A stretch of DNA of 64,000 nucleotides from Cystobasidiomycetes sp. EMM_F5 (Eukaryota): the NCBI GenBank assembly GCA_051047955.1, contig JBPGPT010000004.1, positions 620,001 to 684,000 on the forward strand, in the 5' to 3' direction. The position numbers and the translations under genes are program-made. The first letter of the stretch is position 1. Each line of letters begins with the position of its first letter. Shown here piece after piece: positions 1 to 13,555 of the stretch. The notes below the pieces were generated by a model. That model was not told where the DNA came from. It was given only the letters and a program-made list of their open reading frames with translations, and searched no databases.

Positions 1-197
1 ACTACGTGGTCAGCGTTCACAACAACTAACCAAACCAATAAAGCCGCCCCGTCTTCTGGACTGACCATCATGCAGGCATTGCTCTTGGAGAGGTATACCG
101 CTGCCGCAAAGAAGTTTGAGCGCTGCCGGAAAGCGCTGAATACGACGTAGCCTGCCAGGACGCACGACACACCGCCGTAGGCAGCGAGGCGGACCAT
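1..197 (-). CDS. HRD1: ERAD E3 ubiquitin ligase Hrd1/synoviolin, first exon (gene continues off the left edge)
   Basis: ATG at 197 reads MVRLAAYGGVSCVLAGYVVFSAFRQRSNFFAAAVYLSKSNACMM, matching the fungal Hrd1 N-terminus (AFxQRxNFxxAxVYLxxSN). GT donor at 65, branch GCTGAC and TAG acceptor at 2-4. Confidence 0.8.
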   Translation of the reverse strand, partial: MVRLAAYGGVSCVLAGYVVFSAFRQRSNFFAAAVYLSKSNACMMVSPEDGAALLVWLVVVNADHV

Positions 198-1516
198 TAT
201 GGGCAAGTACGACTGCGACTGGCTAGATGAGTCTGTAGTGATGCGCCGTGAGGCTAGGGTGCGTGTACCATGGCTCTGGTGTCGGACAGCAAGTTGATAC
301 ATCGTCAAGAGCGATACATGTTGGGTCATTGAAACAACGCTGGATAATTATTATGGACAACTACGCCGTACAAGTAATGCCATTGCTACCATGTATGGGC
401 TATCTTGCAACTTGTGCGAGTTCTCTGGGCTTGCGACATTCAAATGGTCCATCGATGTTGGTGGAAGCGACCGCGCATGTTGCCCAAGGTGCCGGCCTGC
501 GCTCTCATTGTGAGCCTCCTAGTCACCCACTTCTGCTGCATGTCCTGGAAGCGCTTTGCCTTTGTTAGGGTTTGTCTATCCTTCTTTTTAAAGCTAAGCG
601 CTGAATTGATTGCGAAGCAGCAAAGTCGGGATGCTCATGGATCTAACGCGCATAATTACAGGCATGGCTGCATGTTGTCGGAAGGCAAAGAGTCGTGCTG
701 CCAGGTTGTGGGCGGTCGAATTAGAGGAAAGAAGAGATGACGTCGGGTTGCTCGATCTGGTCACGAATGAATGGCCTGAAGCTTGGCGAAGTGTAACAGT
801 GAGAACGGCGTCTGGCTTCTTCTTCTTTTCTCGCCGCTACTACCTCACGCAACTTCTGCCGCAAGCTTATCGGGACGTGTCCGGCCTTTCCGTGAACAAC
901 AATCTTCTTGCGGCGACCTACCCGCAATAACGAACTCACATCATGCCGTTCCATATGCGACACACTAGGCGAAAGGTCAGTCGGGGATTATTACCAAAGC
1001 TCGCACTTTGCTGATGGTTTGCACATTCACCCAGATCCCCATCATCCCAAAGGTATGGGGGAGCAAGAAGGAATGGCTCAATATTTGACTTTGCGGCTGA
1101 ATATCATCCATTCACTAACGCCTGCAGGTCGTCTACCTGGTCGTGTGGGGCTTCAACCCAAAGACTTGGAGTCTCAGCTTCGGATCCCACGACAAGGTCA
1201 CATACACGCGCTGAATTCAGAAGCCTCAAAACACGCTTACTCGTCCGCATCAACTGGTCTTACCCCTCGCGACCATGACACTCTATTTCAGCCAATGTTG
1301 TCGTACTTTAACACAGCAGAGATAACACACGCTTCATTCTGAATCATACAGCCGTTCTTTTTCCCATAGACAGCTACGTTTCCAATACATTAATGGCTAC
1401 ATTCCTTGTCGTGACCCCACATTAACCTGGCCTTCGTTTTGAATTTGCTCCCTACTGCCAGCTGCGGCAAAGGCTTTTGCGGACGATTTCCCTACTACTC
1501 CAATGCACTAAATGCT

Positions 1517-2865
1517 TCATACCGTCTGAGGCCATTTGAACGTCGAAGGATGTGCCCACGGAAGGGGCTGATGTGACGGGCGATCCGAGTCGTCAGTGCG
1601 TGTTCCTAGCGCTTGACCGCTGCCATAGCGCGACCACGGGACTGTCGACGCCTGGTTCGTCTGCTGCAGCGGCGTACTGTATGTAGCATATGCAGCTGCA
1701 TTGTTGATGCCATATGTAGATGGTCCTCCAAGTTGACGACCGTCGCCGTAACCTTTCCATTGAGCTGCTGACAGTTGATTCTGTTGCTGAGGTGATAGTC
1801 TACCATTCAAGGCAGCTTGCTTGATGACGCTGTCACTGCGTGAGTTGGCTCCGTTCCCCTGGTTGAGTTGCGGGAGAGGGGCAGAGGTTTGCGCTGCTTG
1901 TGAGTGTCCAGTCGGAGAGCTTGCTGGCTTTCGCCTTGGGAAGAGATCTCGAGGCTCACCGGAACGAGCAAAAGCATCCCAGTTGAAAGCGTCCAAAATC
2001 GCAGAAGGCCAGACGCCGGTAAAAGCTGGAGTGAGTAGAGCTTTCCAAGCTTCACCGCTGATGGATATCTTATGCGACTGGAGATGCTTTGCAATGGCCC
2101 CGAGTCCCATTCGCTTTCGTTCCTTGACGGGTTCTCCCTTGTGAGCTGCACACGATGGATCGATACAGCCAAACGCATGCACCATCATGTAGTGGCGAGC
2201 CATTGCAAGATTTGGGTTTGCGTTATCTTTAGCCTTCACTTTGAAATGGCAATGATGTCGACGTGATGCGTGACATCTGAGCACGTCATTTTATCAGTCA
2301 CAGCAACGCGATCCTAAGCCTGAGTCACCTACTTTAGACCGCCATGGCCTTTGGTGCGATTGCGACAGTGCTCTTGAAGGCTGAATCTACTTATGTTAAT
2401 TTTATTTGCAAGCGCTTGAACATCACCCTTGCCGTGGCTGAGTTGTCTTATAAGGTTTGGTCGTCTCATCGCACTTCCAAGATCAGGCTCGCTAGGCCTC
2501 CTATTCAAGCTGACATTTCCTGCATTCGGCGTCTGCGGAGCCCTGGATCCCGACTGCAGACTGGACGAAAAGTCTTGTGTCACTGGACCGCCCTCGCTAC
2601 AAACATGATGTGCTTACATGGTCGGCATCTCTGCCGTCGAATAGGTTTGCGTTCCCGGCAGCGGCATCTTGTTAGGCATACCCGGAAATACGCTGACAAT
2701 AATAATGAGTCTTGCGTTTACATGCGCATACTTACGTCTGCCTTACACCTTTGGCCCGCCGTATTCTGGCGCGTTCAGTCGGGCACGAATATCCTGGAAG
2801 GTCTGACCCTGCTCGATCTGTGTCGCAGCCGGTGCATGTCGCCTTACAAGAGGTACTGTAGCCAT
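1517..2865 (-). CDS. Hypothetical protein with two atypical C2H2-like zinc-finger motifs and a Q/S/P-rich tail (multi-exon)
   Basis: Phase-consistent splicing from ATG 2865 (MATVPL|NTAGQRCKAD|RISG|EGGPVTQ...GHGGLK|CHASRRHHCHF...ARHYMMVHAFGCIDPSC...KHLQSH) into the 255-aa ORF ending at 1517. Confidence 0.55.
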
Positions 2866-3565
2866 AATGGAATAGGGGACAGAGTATCAACGCTGCGACG
2901 GATCAGACAGTCTAAGCTTTGAATAAGAATGTCAGACTTGTGCGCTCGAGGACGACGCTTGGACAGGAGGCAAGTGAGTCAATCCCAGCTTTAAAATGCC
3001 CGAAGTTAGTGAACTCCTGGTGCTCGTCATGTCAGTTACGTCGGTTCTGCATTAGGCATCGCATCAAGTCAACACGGCGGTGCATGAGTGATTGCCACAC
3101 AGAGACTCCTCTGCAGGCTGTGAAGACGCATATACGAGACTTCGCGCATCCACACGTAAAGAAGCGGGCGCACGGCGTATATTTGACCAAGTTGCTTCCA
3201 CGAAAAGCCCGTCTGCCACCGGGCCGTCCACAGCCGGCGAAATCAAATGTCCGCTAGCAAGCGTGACGCGGCTGTATGCTCACAACTCCATCCGAATCAA
3301 CGCATTGCAGCTGAACATTTATCCTGCATTATTGCCCAACTAGGCGAACAAGGGCACATTCACGCGTCTGGTAGGTCGACCACTCTACGCGTCTCCACTT
3401 TCGGACCGCCGGGCCGTCTCCCGCTCTCTAAATAGGTCGGAAACCTGGGGTGCGGCACTCCCCGTGCGGATGAAATATGGGTCTTCCGCATTTGTACTCT
3501 TCTTCGAAGCCTGAGCTGCCTCTTTATTCTCTTCTCGCACCGTCATTCCCAAACACTCCCACACG

Positions 3566-5669
3566 ATGCGCAACGTCTTTTTCGCCCTCGCTGCAACAGC
3601 CGGCCTGACCGCCGCTTCACCACTCATTGAAAAGCGTCAGAATGGAGGAAACACAACGTCCAATACTGTGATCAATCTGGGATCCGCCGGATCGTATCGC
3701 GGAATTCTCCAGAATAACGGAACGTGAGTCGCAGACAACAGAAGATTTCGACTTCCTTTGACATACCTTTTTACAGTGTTGTTTCCTTCAAGGGCATCCC
3801 ATACGCCGCTCCTCCAGTAGGCCAATTGCGCTTTGCGCCTCCTCAAGCTTTGTCTGCACAAAATAGTACGGTTATCGATGTGACGGATGATGCCCTCCGC
3901 TGCGTCCAATTCGCTGGCGCTCCATACGGCGTCATAAATGGCAACATTGTGGGAGTCAAGTCTGGCCCAGGACAGGAAGATTGCCTCAAGCTATGGATCT
4001 GGAAGCCGGCCAATGCTACGCAAGGCGCAAATCTGCCCGTCATGTACTACGTCCACGTATGTGGCACGATGTCTTCTTCAACTGCATTGAAACTGACCAA
4101 TTCCATTTCAAACAGGGAGGTGGTTTGCAATACAGTGCAGCACCAAACAATGATTTCTCTGACTGGGTCGGACAGGTGAGCCAGATTTGGATTGCCGAAT
4201 GGCTACAGCATCGCTGACCGAACTGGTCGCGAAGGACCAAAATTTCATCGCCGTAAACGTCGGTTATCGTGTCGGCGCTCTTGGCTTCATGGCGCACCCC
4301 GACCTTCCCTCAGCCAATGCAGGCTTGTTGGATCAGCGTTTCGGCTTAGAATGGATCAAGCAGAACATTGCTGCATTCGGAGGCAGCCCAAACAATATCA
4401 CCATCATGGGCCAGTCTGGAGGTACGCTCTTCGCTGGTGAAAAGGTTTGAGAAGGGAGCACAACTGATTTCATCTCTGAAGGTGGTTACGCTGTGGTCGG
4501 TCAGATGGCGCTATACAACGGCAACACCAACGGAACCTTCACCAAGGCTATTCCTCGCTCAATCCAAAGATCGCCAATGTTCCGTATCTCTGAACTTACC
4601 GATCGCAACGCTCAGTATGCCCGTCTGCTCAACTGCTCGGCATCACAAAGTCAGCTTGCATGCTTCCGCAACGCCTCTGTCCCAGATCTCGTCAATGCGT
4701 ACAACAGTCTCTCCAACTACCTGGGCACGAACGGGTCAGTCACAGATCTTGATTACTGCATGATCAATACTGATCTGCGAGTGTGATTTATCAGCTCCTT
4801 CACCAATCTGACATTTGGTCAATCAGCGGCCTTCGTACCAATGATTGATGGAGTCACACTTACAGACTCCATCACAAACCTCTTCCAACAAGGAAAGATT
4901 GCCAATGTCTCCGTCATTGCAGGATTCGTCAACGACGAAGGCGCAAACACCGCGCCACGCACAACCACTCCCAATGCGACCAATTCCGGCCTTTATAATT
5001 TGACCACGGATCAGATCAATTCAGCATTGGCTTATTACCCTGTCAACACTACCTTCGGCTACGACAGCCCAGACAACTTTTTCCTCACGCCCTTCAAGTC
5101 ATACATCATGAGTTTGAGTCCCTTTGGCGAGGCAGGCATTTCAGGGTCAGAGCGTCTAGTAGGCCGCAGTGTCAGCGATAAGTTGGGTGGAAACCGCGTG
5201 TGGACTTTCCGCTTCAATGCTCCCAGTACGTTCTCGTTCTGAAGACTGTGTTGACCCGTCTGACATTAATCGTCTTCCAACAGCTGTCGGAACTACTCCA
5301 GGCAATATGACCTACCCACTCAACTACGTTGCCCACAGTGCCGACAATTCCTACCTGCAAAACGCGACTAGCGTCATGACAGCATCTGAAGTCCCTGTAG
5401 CTCGCGAGTGGAGAGCTTACATTGGCTCCTTCATCCGAACTGGCAACCCGAACACGCAGAAGCTTGCGACAGCCCCCACATGGCCAAATTACAACGCGCT
5501 TGGCGATTACCTCAATTCGCCAGTCCGCCTTGTGCCTCAATTTGCATTTGTCAGCAATGCAAACAGCAGCTACCCAACGAGCACCCAAATCGAAGTATCG
5601 CAGAAGGCTCAACTCGAGCGTGAAGATTGGTGGCTCGCCCCGGCTCAAATTGCGTCTCTGAGATTCTGA
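3566..5669 (+). CDS. Secreted type-B carboxylesterase/lipase (alpha/beta hydrolase), multi-exon
   Basis: Signal peptide MRNVFFALAATAGLTAASPLIEKR (Kex2 KR), FKGIPYAAPPVGQLRFAPP, EDCLKLWIW, HGGG oxyanion, nucleophile GQSGG, GFVNDEG, VAHSAD. Confidence 0.93.
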
Positions 5670-6312
5670 AAAGTATAGTACTAGTCATAACAGCAACATC
5701 TGTTTAGCAAACGACAAGCCGGCATTAATCAGGGATAATCGTCAAAATGTCTGTTCATAGTGATAACAGCAAGGGATAGCATGATACCAGCCCATATGTT
5801 TACGGATCAGTTGCCAGTCAAATTGTGAAAACAACGAAAATTAAGCGTAGCCGCATGTTCTTACAACCGAGCGAATACAGCAGGAAAGATTGCGAGGGAG
5901 ATATGTAGGACCGGCATGAAACCACTGTACGGTAGGAAATGATATCCAAGCTGCGAGGCTCGCCGTTACTCTGGTGATTAAAGGTCTCTTCTGAATTTGC
6001 TCTAAGCGACGTATATTTGGTTGAAAGACCCGCTCGAGTTACGTGTTTGTATGCAAGCCAGTATCGTTGATTGTGATGCGGCTGCGTCGAGCTGGTGTGT
6101 TGATGTCGCCGTGGTAGTTGGAGAAGAGGAAAGCGGATCAGCTTCAATTCTTATCGAATCTGCTACAAACGGCGAGCTTGCATCGCGCCAACAAAACCAT
6201 GCTGCATTTCATCCTGACTACGCAGACCACGAATGACCCTCGCCTGCTTCGCTTTTCCATGGCAGCTTCTTGCTGAAACCCGGCACAGTAATTTGGCTGG
6301 TGACGGAGTGCA

Positions 6313-8890
6313 ATGCGGCTGGCAACACTTCCGACTGTATATAACACAATTAATCAATGCCCACACTGTTTCCGCTTCCGTCTTCCTCGCCCTGCTCATC
6401 CTGCCATACCGCAAAGAATGTTTGCATTGTACCCGCACCGACCTAATCAGCCGAAAACGCTGTGTGAGTTGCGGAGATACTAGTCGTTATGGGCATACCT
6501 GCTACAGTAGCGTCTTCTCTGCCCTTCTCATCGGTATGCTGACGTTGACATCGATTGCTTAAATCCTGCATTTATGTTAACCACCGTAGCGAACCAGAAC
6601 AAGCTGCCTCGACTACCCGTCCCGGATCTTCACCATACTCTTGCACAATACATACAGAGTGTGAAGCCTCTTCTCGTTGAAGAAGCTCGCCATTCCAATA
6701 TTCCGAACGCCTCGGCGTGGGTAACAGACGAGCTGCAGAAGAGGCAAGATTGGGCAGAAGATTTCGGCAAGAGAAATGCTCTGGGAGGCATACTGCACGA
6801 AAGACTGGTCGATACTGACCGTAAATCGCCAAACAACTGGCTGAATGATAACTATTGGACCGACGTTGTCTACCATTCTTGGAGAGTCCCGTTACCGATC
6901 AATAGCAATTGGTGGGTGTTATGTATACACGATCCGGATGTGCCCAAGACCGTAAACGAGAGCCGGCCACCCAAAGGCCAGTTCACAAGCTGGCAAGTCC
7001 GGCGAGCGGCTGCCCTAATATGGAGGCTACTAGACTTCAAAACTCGACTGGACAGGTATGGACTTATGTCGACTGCCATTAGGTCAAGTGATGACCTTCG
7101 AATAGGCAGGAAGTGTGTCCAGACGCCTCTCGAGCAGGCCCATTCGATATGCATCAATATACACGGTGAGACGGCCTGAGAGAAGCCGGATGGGTCCCCG
7201 CTGAGCATTTCCATTGATTTACGTAGGGTTTATGGGATGACTCGTGTTCCGCATATTCCGACGGATCAGCTTACTCGCCCCCAATACCCTCACCCCTCCA
7301 GTCACATTACAGTGTTGGTCCGGAACCAGATTTACACCCTAGATGTGTCACAAAACCATGCTGGTGAATGGAAAGACATAGAAGATCTCGAATCTGCACT
7401 TTGGGCGATCATCAATGAGACTCTCAGCGATACTATCGAACCCGAGCTTCCGATAGCCATACTGACAGGCACAGATCGCGATTCGTGGGCAGAAGCTCGT
7501 GAAAACCTCATAGCATTGTCACCTGGGAACCGTAACAATCTATCTGCCATCGAAGATTCGCTTTTCGCAGTTTCCTTAGATGATTGGACGCGCATTCACC
7601 CCGCACCTCATGCGACGTCAAGATCGAGTCACTTGATACCACTAGGAGACAGTGCGGCCCATACTGTGACGCTGGATACTTCGCTCGAGCTCGATAGTCA
7701 TATTCTTACAGCGCGTGCTGGAGCAGATGGTCACAATAGATGGTTTGATAAGTCGCTCTCGATATCGATTGAAAATAATGCTCGAGCTAGTGTGCAAGGT
7801 GAACACTCCCCTTGTGACGCGCTCATTCCATCAATTGTTATCGATTATATGCTGGCTGGGCGAATGGGTCAGCCAAGCCATACTGCCGAGAAACGTGGAG
7901 AGGTTGGCTCGGTCACCGCAGTCAACGCTGTCACTAGTCCGCCGCAGAAGAGGCTGCGATGGGTAACGGACAGCCGCATCAATGAGGCCATAGTAAAAGC
8001 TGAGCGGACCGTGCAAGCTGTCGTAAGCGATAGCGATGGTCTAATGCTATGGTTTGACGAGTATGGCGTCAGATGGATTAAAAAACAAGGTAGGCATTCG
8101 CTGCTGAAGACAACGTGAAGTTCAGCTCACCGATCATGTCTACATTCAGCCAAACTTTCCCCCGATGCATATATACAATTAGCTATGCAGCTCGCATACC
8201 GACGCATGCATGGCACGCATACAGCAACATATGAGACGGCTTCAACGCGTCTGTATCTGCATGGTCGTACAGATGTCATCAGGACATTTACCGAAGACAC
8301 TCACGCCTGGGTAGAAGCGGTCATATCGGGCAAAGCGGACGTAAGCAAGGCAAAAATCACTGCAAAGGTCAAGTCTGACACATTGACCGCTTCTTGTGAA
8401 GTCTAACGAGCTTTACACCAAGCTCGCTAAGGCCGTGGAGACTCATAATGCGAATACGCGCGCAGCCTCGACCGGCAAAGGCATTGACCGACATCTTCTA
8501 GGTCTCCGATTAAATTTGCGGAAGAATGAGTCGCACAAGCTGTTTGAAGATCCATTGTACACAAGGAGTCAGACGTGGAAGCTCAGCACCTCAGGTCTGA
8601 GTGCCGGAGACCGCTTCAGTGGCACAGGATTTGGCGCGAGCGAGCCAGACGGCTACGGTATCAATTGTGAGTCGGTCAACCTTGTTTGGGGAGGTGCGCA
8701 AACTAAGCAAGCAATGCGCATTGGGTTTTGCTCAGACTTGGCGGCAACTGATATTATCAAATTTGGTATCGAAAGCAAATTCAGCAGTCCAGTGACTGAT
8801 ACGCATCGTTTCCGTCTCGCCATCATTCAGGCGATGCGTGATATGCGGCAGGTATGCGAAGACGCGCTTGGTCCAGAAGCGAAGCTGTAG
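6313..8890 (+). CDS. CAT2: Carnitine O-acetyltransferase, predicted mitochondrial/peroxisomal
   Basis: NQNKLPRLPVPDL, NRWFDKS, GEHSPCDA catalytic His, TYETASTRLYLHGRTD, GKGIDRHLLGL, WKLSTS, C-terminal PTS1 -AKL. Intron 6464-6589 joins PKTL-SNQNKL. Confidence 0.9.
6338..6344 (+). promoter_or_regulatory. TATA-like element between the two in-frame ATGs of CAT2
   Basis: TATATAA located between ATG 6313 and in-frame ATG 6418. Confidence 0.35.
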
Positions 8891-9100
8891 ATCTTGTGGA
8901 TCATCTTAGGGCGCGCGGGAAAGTTGAGGGATGTAGCTTTTCAACCCGAGCAGTATTGTCGAGGTCGATGTGTACGGAAGACGTTACGTTACTGCCATGG
9001 TCTTGCCAACTTGTCGAGCTGTTTCGACTTCGCCCATGAATGCCCAACTTAGGACAGCAAGCGCGAGTGGTCTTCTTCAACTTGATCAGGCCACTCTGCG

Positions 9101-10061
9101 ATGGACGCGTCAACTCTGCACCAACCAATTGCCAGCACGAGCAACAGCTTGATACCAAGTTCAGCTGCCTTTCCGTCGCAAACGCCGGCAACCGTTGTCG
9201 GCAATGCGGGCAGTCCAGCTGAGCAGTATGATGCTGTAGCTGGACCATCTTCGTCGAGTACAGCTATCACATCAACGCCAAACGCTGCAAAGACAACGCA
9301 GAAGAAGTGCGCTCAAAGTTTGCATTTGGTGTTCAACTGAGCAGCTGATTGTCATCATCAATCACAGAGGTGTAGGCGGACCACCAAAGAGCAAGGCGTA
9401 TGCGAATCCATTGGCATCTAGAGCGGGTAAGCATGTCAAATACTGCAATTATGGCCAGTAAAGCTCTGTTTTGATGTCAATCTGACGTTGTGCCGTTGGT
9501 CCAGACGAGGTGAAATACCGCACAAAGTTCAGACAACTCAAAGGCAAGGTCAAGGAGGTTGAAGACGTGAATACTTGCTGCACGCGCTTGGAACGTGCGC
9601 TGATTGCTATCTGTACAGGAAAATGCTCAGATTCAGGCCAAGATCCTTCGTGCCAAACGTCAGATACAGCGATTGAGACTAGAACGAGCGTAAGTCTACA
9701 TAATACGGTAGTAGAACAATGCTGATACACGTTCTCATCTCAAAGCATTCTTTACGAACGCTACGAGCAAGCCAAGCAGTCTGGCATGCTGGATGGGCTG
9801 ATACCGGCTTCTTCGTTGCGGCCAATACCGCAGCACATACACGGGATCCCTTTAAATACATCGGACCTCTTGACGAACCTCGGCGGAAACAACATTGGTA
9901 TCTCGCCGTTAGTATTGCAGCAGCCGCAAATACCTCTAGAGTATGACAGCAATCCGTTGGACCCGTACGGCACCGGAGGTCTAATGATAGAGGATCCCAA
10001 CGAGTCCATGTTGGCTGCTCTTTCAGCACATGGACTCGATTCGTCCGCACTCGGATTGTGA
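9101..10061 (+). CDS. INO80 complex subunit F/Nhp10 N-terminal-like coiled-coil protein (no HMG box seen), multi-exon
   Basis: Spliced KYRTKFRQLKGKVKEVEDENAQIQAKILRAKRQIQRLRLER...LYERYEQ resembles the Nhp10/TFPT coiled-coil. Confidence 0.6.
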
Positions 10062-10246
10062 GCGTGGTCGTGGTCATGGCCGTGGAGTCATGTGAAGGTG
10101 GCATACATGTGCCGGAAGTCAAGCGTAATCGTCGGGTCGCCGTTCGCAGTAACATCAGTTCTACACCAACAACTTTCCACAGCGAGATTTGGCTCATTAT
10201 TACTGCACTGCCCTGTAACAGCCTGACAAGCCGGCAGATCTGTATA

Positions 10247-12697
10247 CTATCGAAAATTGTAACGAACCAGAAACAGCAGAACATCCATACACACATGAAT
10301 TGCGACCCACACGCCTGAGAATGTGCTATGACATCAGCGTTACGATATCCATACGTACTGAGAACATTCATTTACACGCTGGTAGCAGCTCCGGAAATTC
10401 GCGCAAGGTATCCAGTCCGCTGAAAACAGACGCAGATGGAATCTCAGACCTTCGTTCAGCTGCCATCTACGAACGACATACGTGTTTGTGACGTCCATCT
10501 TGAAGGCGAAATAGCAGATTGCTCTGGCCACGAAAGACGACAACAGTTCGAAAACCCAAATGACTGCAATGAGGAACTAGCTCAGCCGATCGCACAAATT
10601 TGGCCATAATGTCCGTGACATACTGAGTGAGGAAATTGCTGTGCGTTCATAATTGTACTGCTCATTGGAGGAAAAGTCGAAGAAAGGGTAGACTTCGCGA
10701 TTAGGGCCGAAATGCAGGATTGTCAGCCAGCCCAGGAATCTGCGAACATATAAAGCAGGACACATTAATACTCGATTTAATGAGGTGTCAAAATTCTGTT
10801 TACGCGACCATGGTGACATTTTCGGAGAGATTCCTGATGTACAAGCTTGTAGCAATATTTTCTGCGTAGTCGGAATATGGACGGTCATTTCCGACGCTCC
10901 AGCCAATAATCTTGTATGCAGTGCGAGACATGTATGCCGGGTAGAATGTGACGACCCAGACTGATGAGAGTGTTTGCAAATAGAGGAACTGCTCTGCTTT
11001 GCGCAGACGAGCAAACAACGTTCGCTACGCAGGCAGATGACTGTATGTCAGCGAATGCTGTCGATCCATACTGGCGCAACATACATAGAATACATGCTGT
11101 CGCAGTCGACAAAATCAGCCGCGATAAGCAGGCTCGCGTGAGAACATGCTTACATATGTTAATTGGAAATACAGACGAAATACAAAGTCGAGCGCTCGAC
11201 TGCCAACCTTCTTTTCCAAGATCCAAGTCGTTACGGTTCCGAGAAGACTGCACGATATTATCCTATGACGCGCCTCTTAGTGATGATGTACCAGGCGTCT
11301 AAAGCGTGCACATACCATGTCCAAACGTACACCACACTCTCTACACTTCCGTGAGGTAACGTCCCGAGGTAGACGGACATGTACGCTTGTCCCGCTAGTC
11401 CGGCAATGAGGGCTATTGCAATACATCCGATGAACCACAGGAATCGTATGTATGACTTTGGTATTCTTCGTCCGATCTGGCGTTCCAAAAACGTCTTTTG
11501 CATTTCCGTCAGAGAATGTCGGTATGTCATTCGTCTATCTCGTCGGAGTTTGCCAAAACAGCTGTGCGAGCATACATGAATGAGACAGCAATACGAGTAT
11601 TCGAGTAGGATGCAGACTCACACTAAGGCCGGCATTGCCATAGTACCGAAGGCAAGCGACACCCACATTGTCTTTCGTTCCCAGTCAATACTGTCGCCAG
11701 CATGTGTCTTTCCGCTTCGCCAGCGACGCTTGCCTTCCATACCAAACAGGTCGGTATAATGGACAAAGGCACCTACGCATAGTGCGCCAGACCAGAAGAA
11801 GGCGTATGATGCCGCTCCACCCAATTTCCGTGGCCACCAGTTTACTTATTTCTCATCTCAACCAATAGCCCATACATGAGATGGGGATACTTACATCGAT
11901 AAAGATTGAACAGGCAAGTGACCCAGACTAGCGCTACTGCCAAGTAGGCTCCATAATAGACAATCAAGAAAAAGAGGAAATTGACGTCTACGGGCAAATC
12001 GTCCGGCAGCTGAGGGGTCGGCTGGGGTGTAGCAGTCGGCGTAGCCTGTGCTTGAGATGTAGCTGTTGCCGACAGTGTGACGGGAGATTTGAGCATGCTC
12101 GAAGAGGGCATGCCTATGTCTGCTTGCGACGATGGGCGAGTCCAGTTCCAGCCAGGTTCCGGCCATGGGAGACTAGGATTGTAAGGATCTGAGACGGGAA
12201 ACGGAATAGCGCACCATGTCCAGACCTATTGAATCTCTCTCAGTCGCGCGAATATGCTGTCGACCCAATGTAACAGATCGTACAATGACGGCCGGAACGA
12301 TGACCAGCAACATCCACCGCTTCCACCATGCGTCCAACCACGATTCTACGCGTTCTCGAGTCGGCCTGAGCAGCCATGACCGTTCATTAACAGGCAGTTC
12401 CTCTCTGAACCGTTGGCTGGGCAGGCGCCTCCGTCTGGTCGGTGTCCGCGGTGACGCTGTGAGTTCATTCCCGCGACCAGAACTACTCGCGTGCGGAATA
12501 GTCTTTGTCGTCGGTGCTGCTGGACTTGCAGCTGATGTTCCATTGACAGTCTGAGGATGCGCTCGAAAACGTCCGGGAACGACGAGATGGTCTGCAGCAA
12601 GTCAGCGGAGATTGGCGCATCGCTATCCTTACACCGTCATTAGCCCACCGTCAGCAACTATGCGCGACTCTTTGCCCTGCGTGAGCGGCTGGAACAT
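10247..12697 (-). CDS. Multi-pass fungal membrane protein of unknown function, multi-exon
   Basis: ATG 12697 MFQPLTQGKESRIVAD. Exons with TM segments (WWKRWMLLVIVPAVI, NFLFFLIVYYGAYLAVAL, SYIRFLWFIGCIAIALIAG, HFGPNREVYPFFDF); ends DVLLFLVRYNFR-stop. Confidence 0.7.
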
Positions 12698-12825
12698 GTC
12701 TGCATGTTTCGTTTCGCCACCAGACAATTATCAGATTGTCGAAAGGCAAGATTGACGAAGCAGCTGGCATTGCTTTCAAATCAATATATCGAACTATCTT
12801 GCAGACTGAACACAGCGACGTTAAT

Positions 12826-13555
12826 ATGGCACAAATCGCACAGAGACTGAATGGTGAGTAGGCGGGCGCGGTGGTGACTTTCTGGAGTGAACTGACGATC
12901 AATATGAATGCTCCAAGTGCTCGGTGGCCCTCTACAGATCGTAAGAAAGAGCTGGGCCGTTGGATGTTTGGAATCCATCTGACATAAGCTACGAAACACT
13001 ACCTCGCCCGCTTGACGCACTCTCTCGTTCTTTCGATGATGCAATATACGTCTGAATCGCCACGGACACTCCGCAGTGCTCTACCTCTCCCGTCACAGGC
13101 TTCCTACGAAATGGATACTGCGACAGCGTAAAAGGAGACGGCGGAAAGCACTTTCTAGCTGCAGAAGTTACTCAGGAATTCCTAGACTACTCTGCATCGC
13201 AGGGCAATGACCTGCGCTCGGGCATGTCGCAGCCAGATGGTACGAAGACGGGGCTCAGCGGAGGTTGCAAGTGGTAAGTCACAGTGACTCTCTTGTCATA
13301 TGAGGAAGACATGGTCTGACAGGGATGCCGTGCAGGTGCCTGTGTGTGACTCGCTGGAAAGACGCCTTTCTTGCAAGAGACAAGCTGGGCGATCAGGTGG
13401 TTCCCAAAGTATTACTTGAGGCCACTCATGCAGATACTCTGGTGAGTTACTTAGAAGTAAGCCGAATAATGACAAGCTTACTGCAAATCATCATCCATTA
13501 GAAATCTGGGATTTCTTTAGCCGACCTCAAGATGTTTGCTAAAGAGACCAATTAA
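12826..13555 (+). CDS. DUF2237 family protein, multi-exon
   Basis: Spliced MAQIAQRLNVLGGPLQICSTSPVTGFLRNGYC...EFLDYSASQGNDLRS...GCKWCLCVTRWKDA...VPKVLLEATH. Missed by the ORF track because of introns. Confidence 0.88.

Noticed and set aside
370..930. Possible two-exon ORF or transposase remnant (CHCYHVW..., intron-like 570-618)
   Set aside because: No clear start, no recognisable DDE or other domain, and no terminal repeats; not supportable.
6493..6539. Cryptic exon and 7-bp inverted repeat (GCATACC/GGTATGC) in CAT2 intron 1
   Set aside because: Inclusion would shift the frame and the stem is short enough to arise by chance; no further support.
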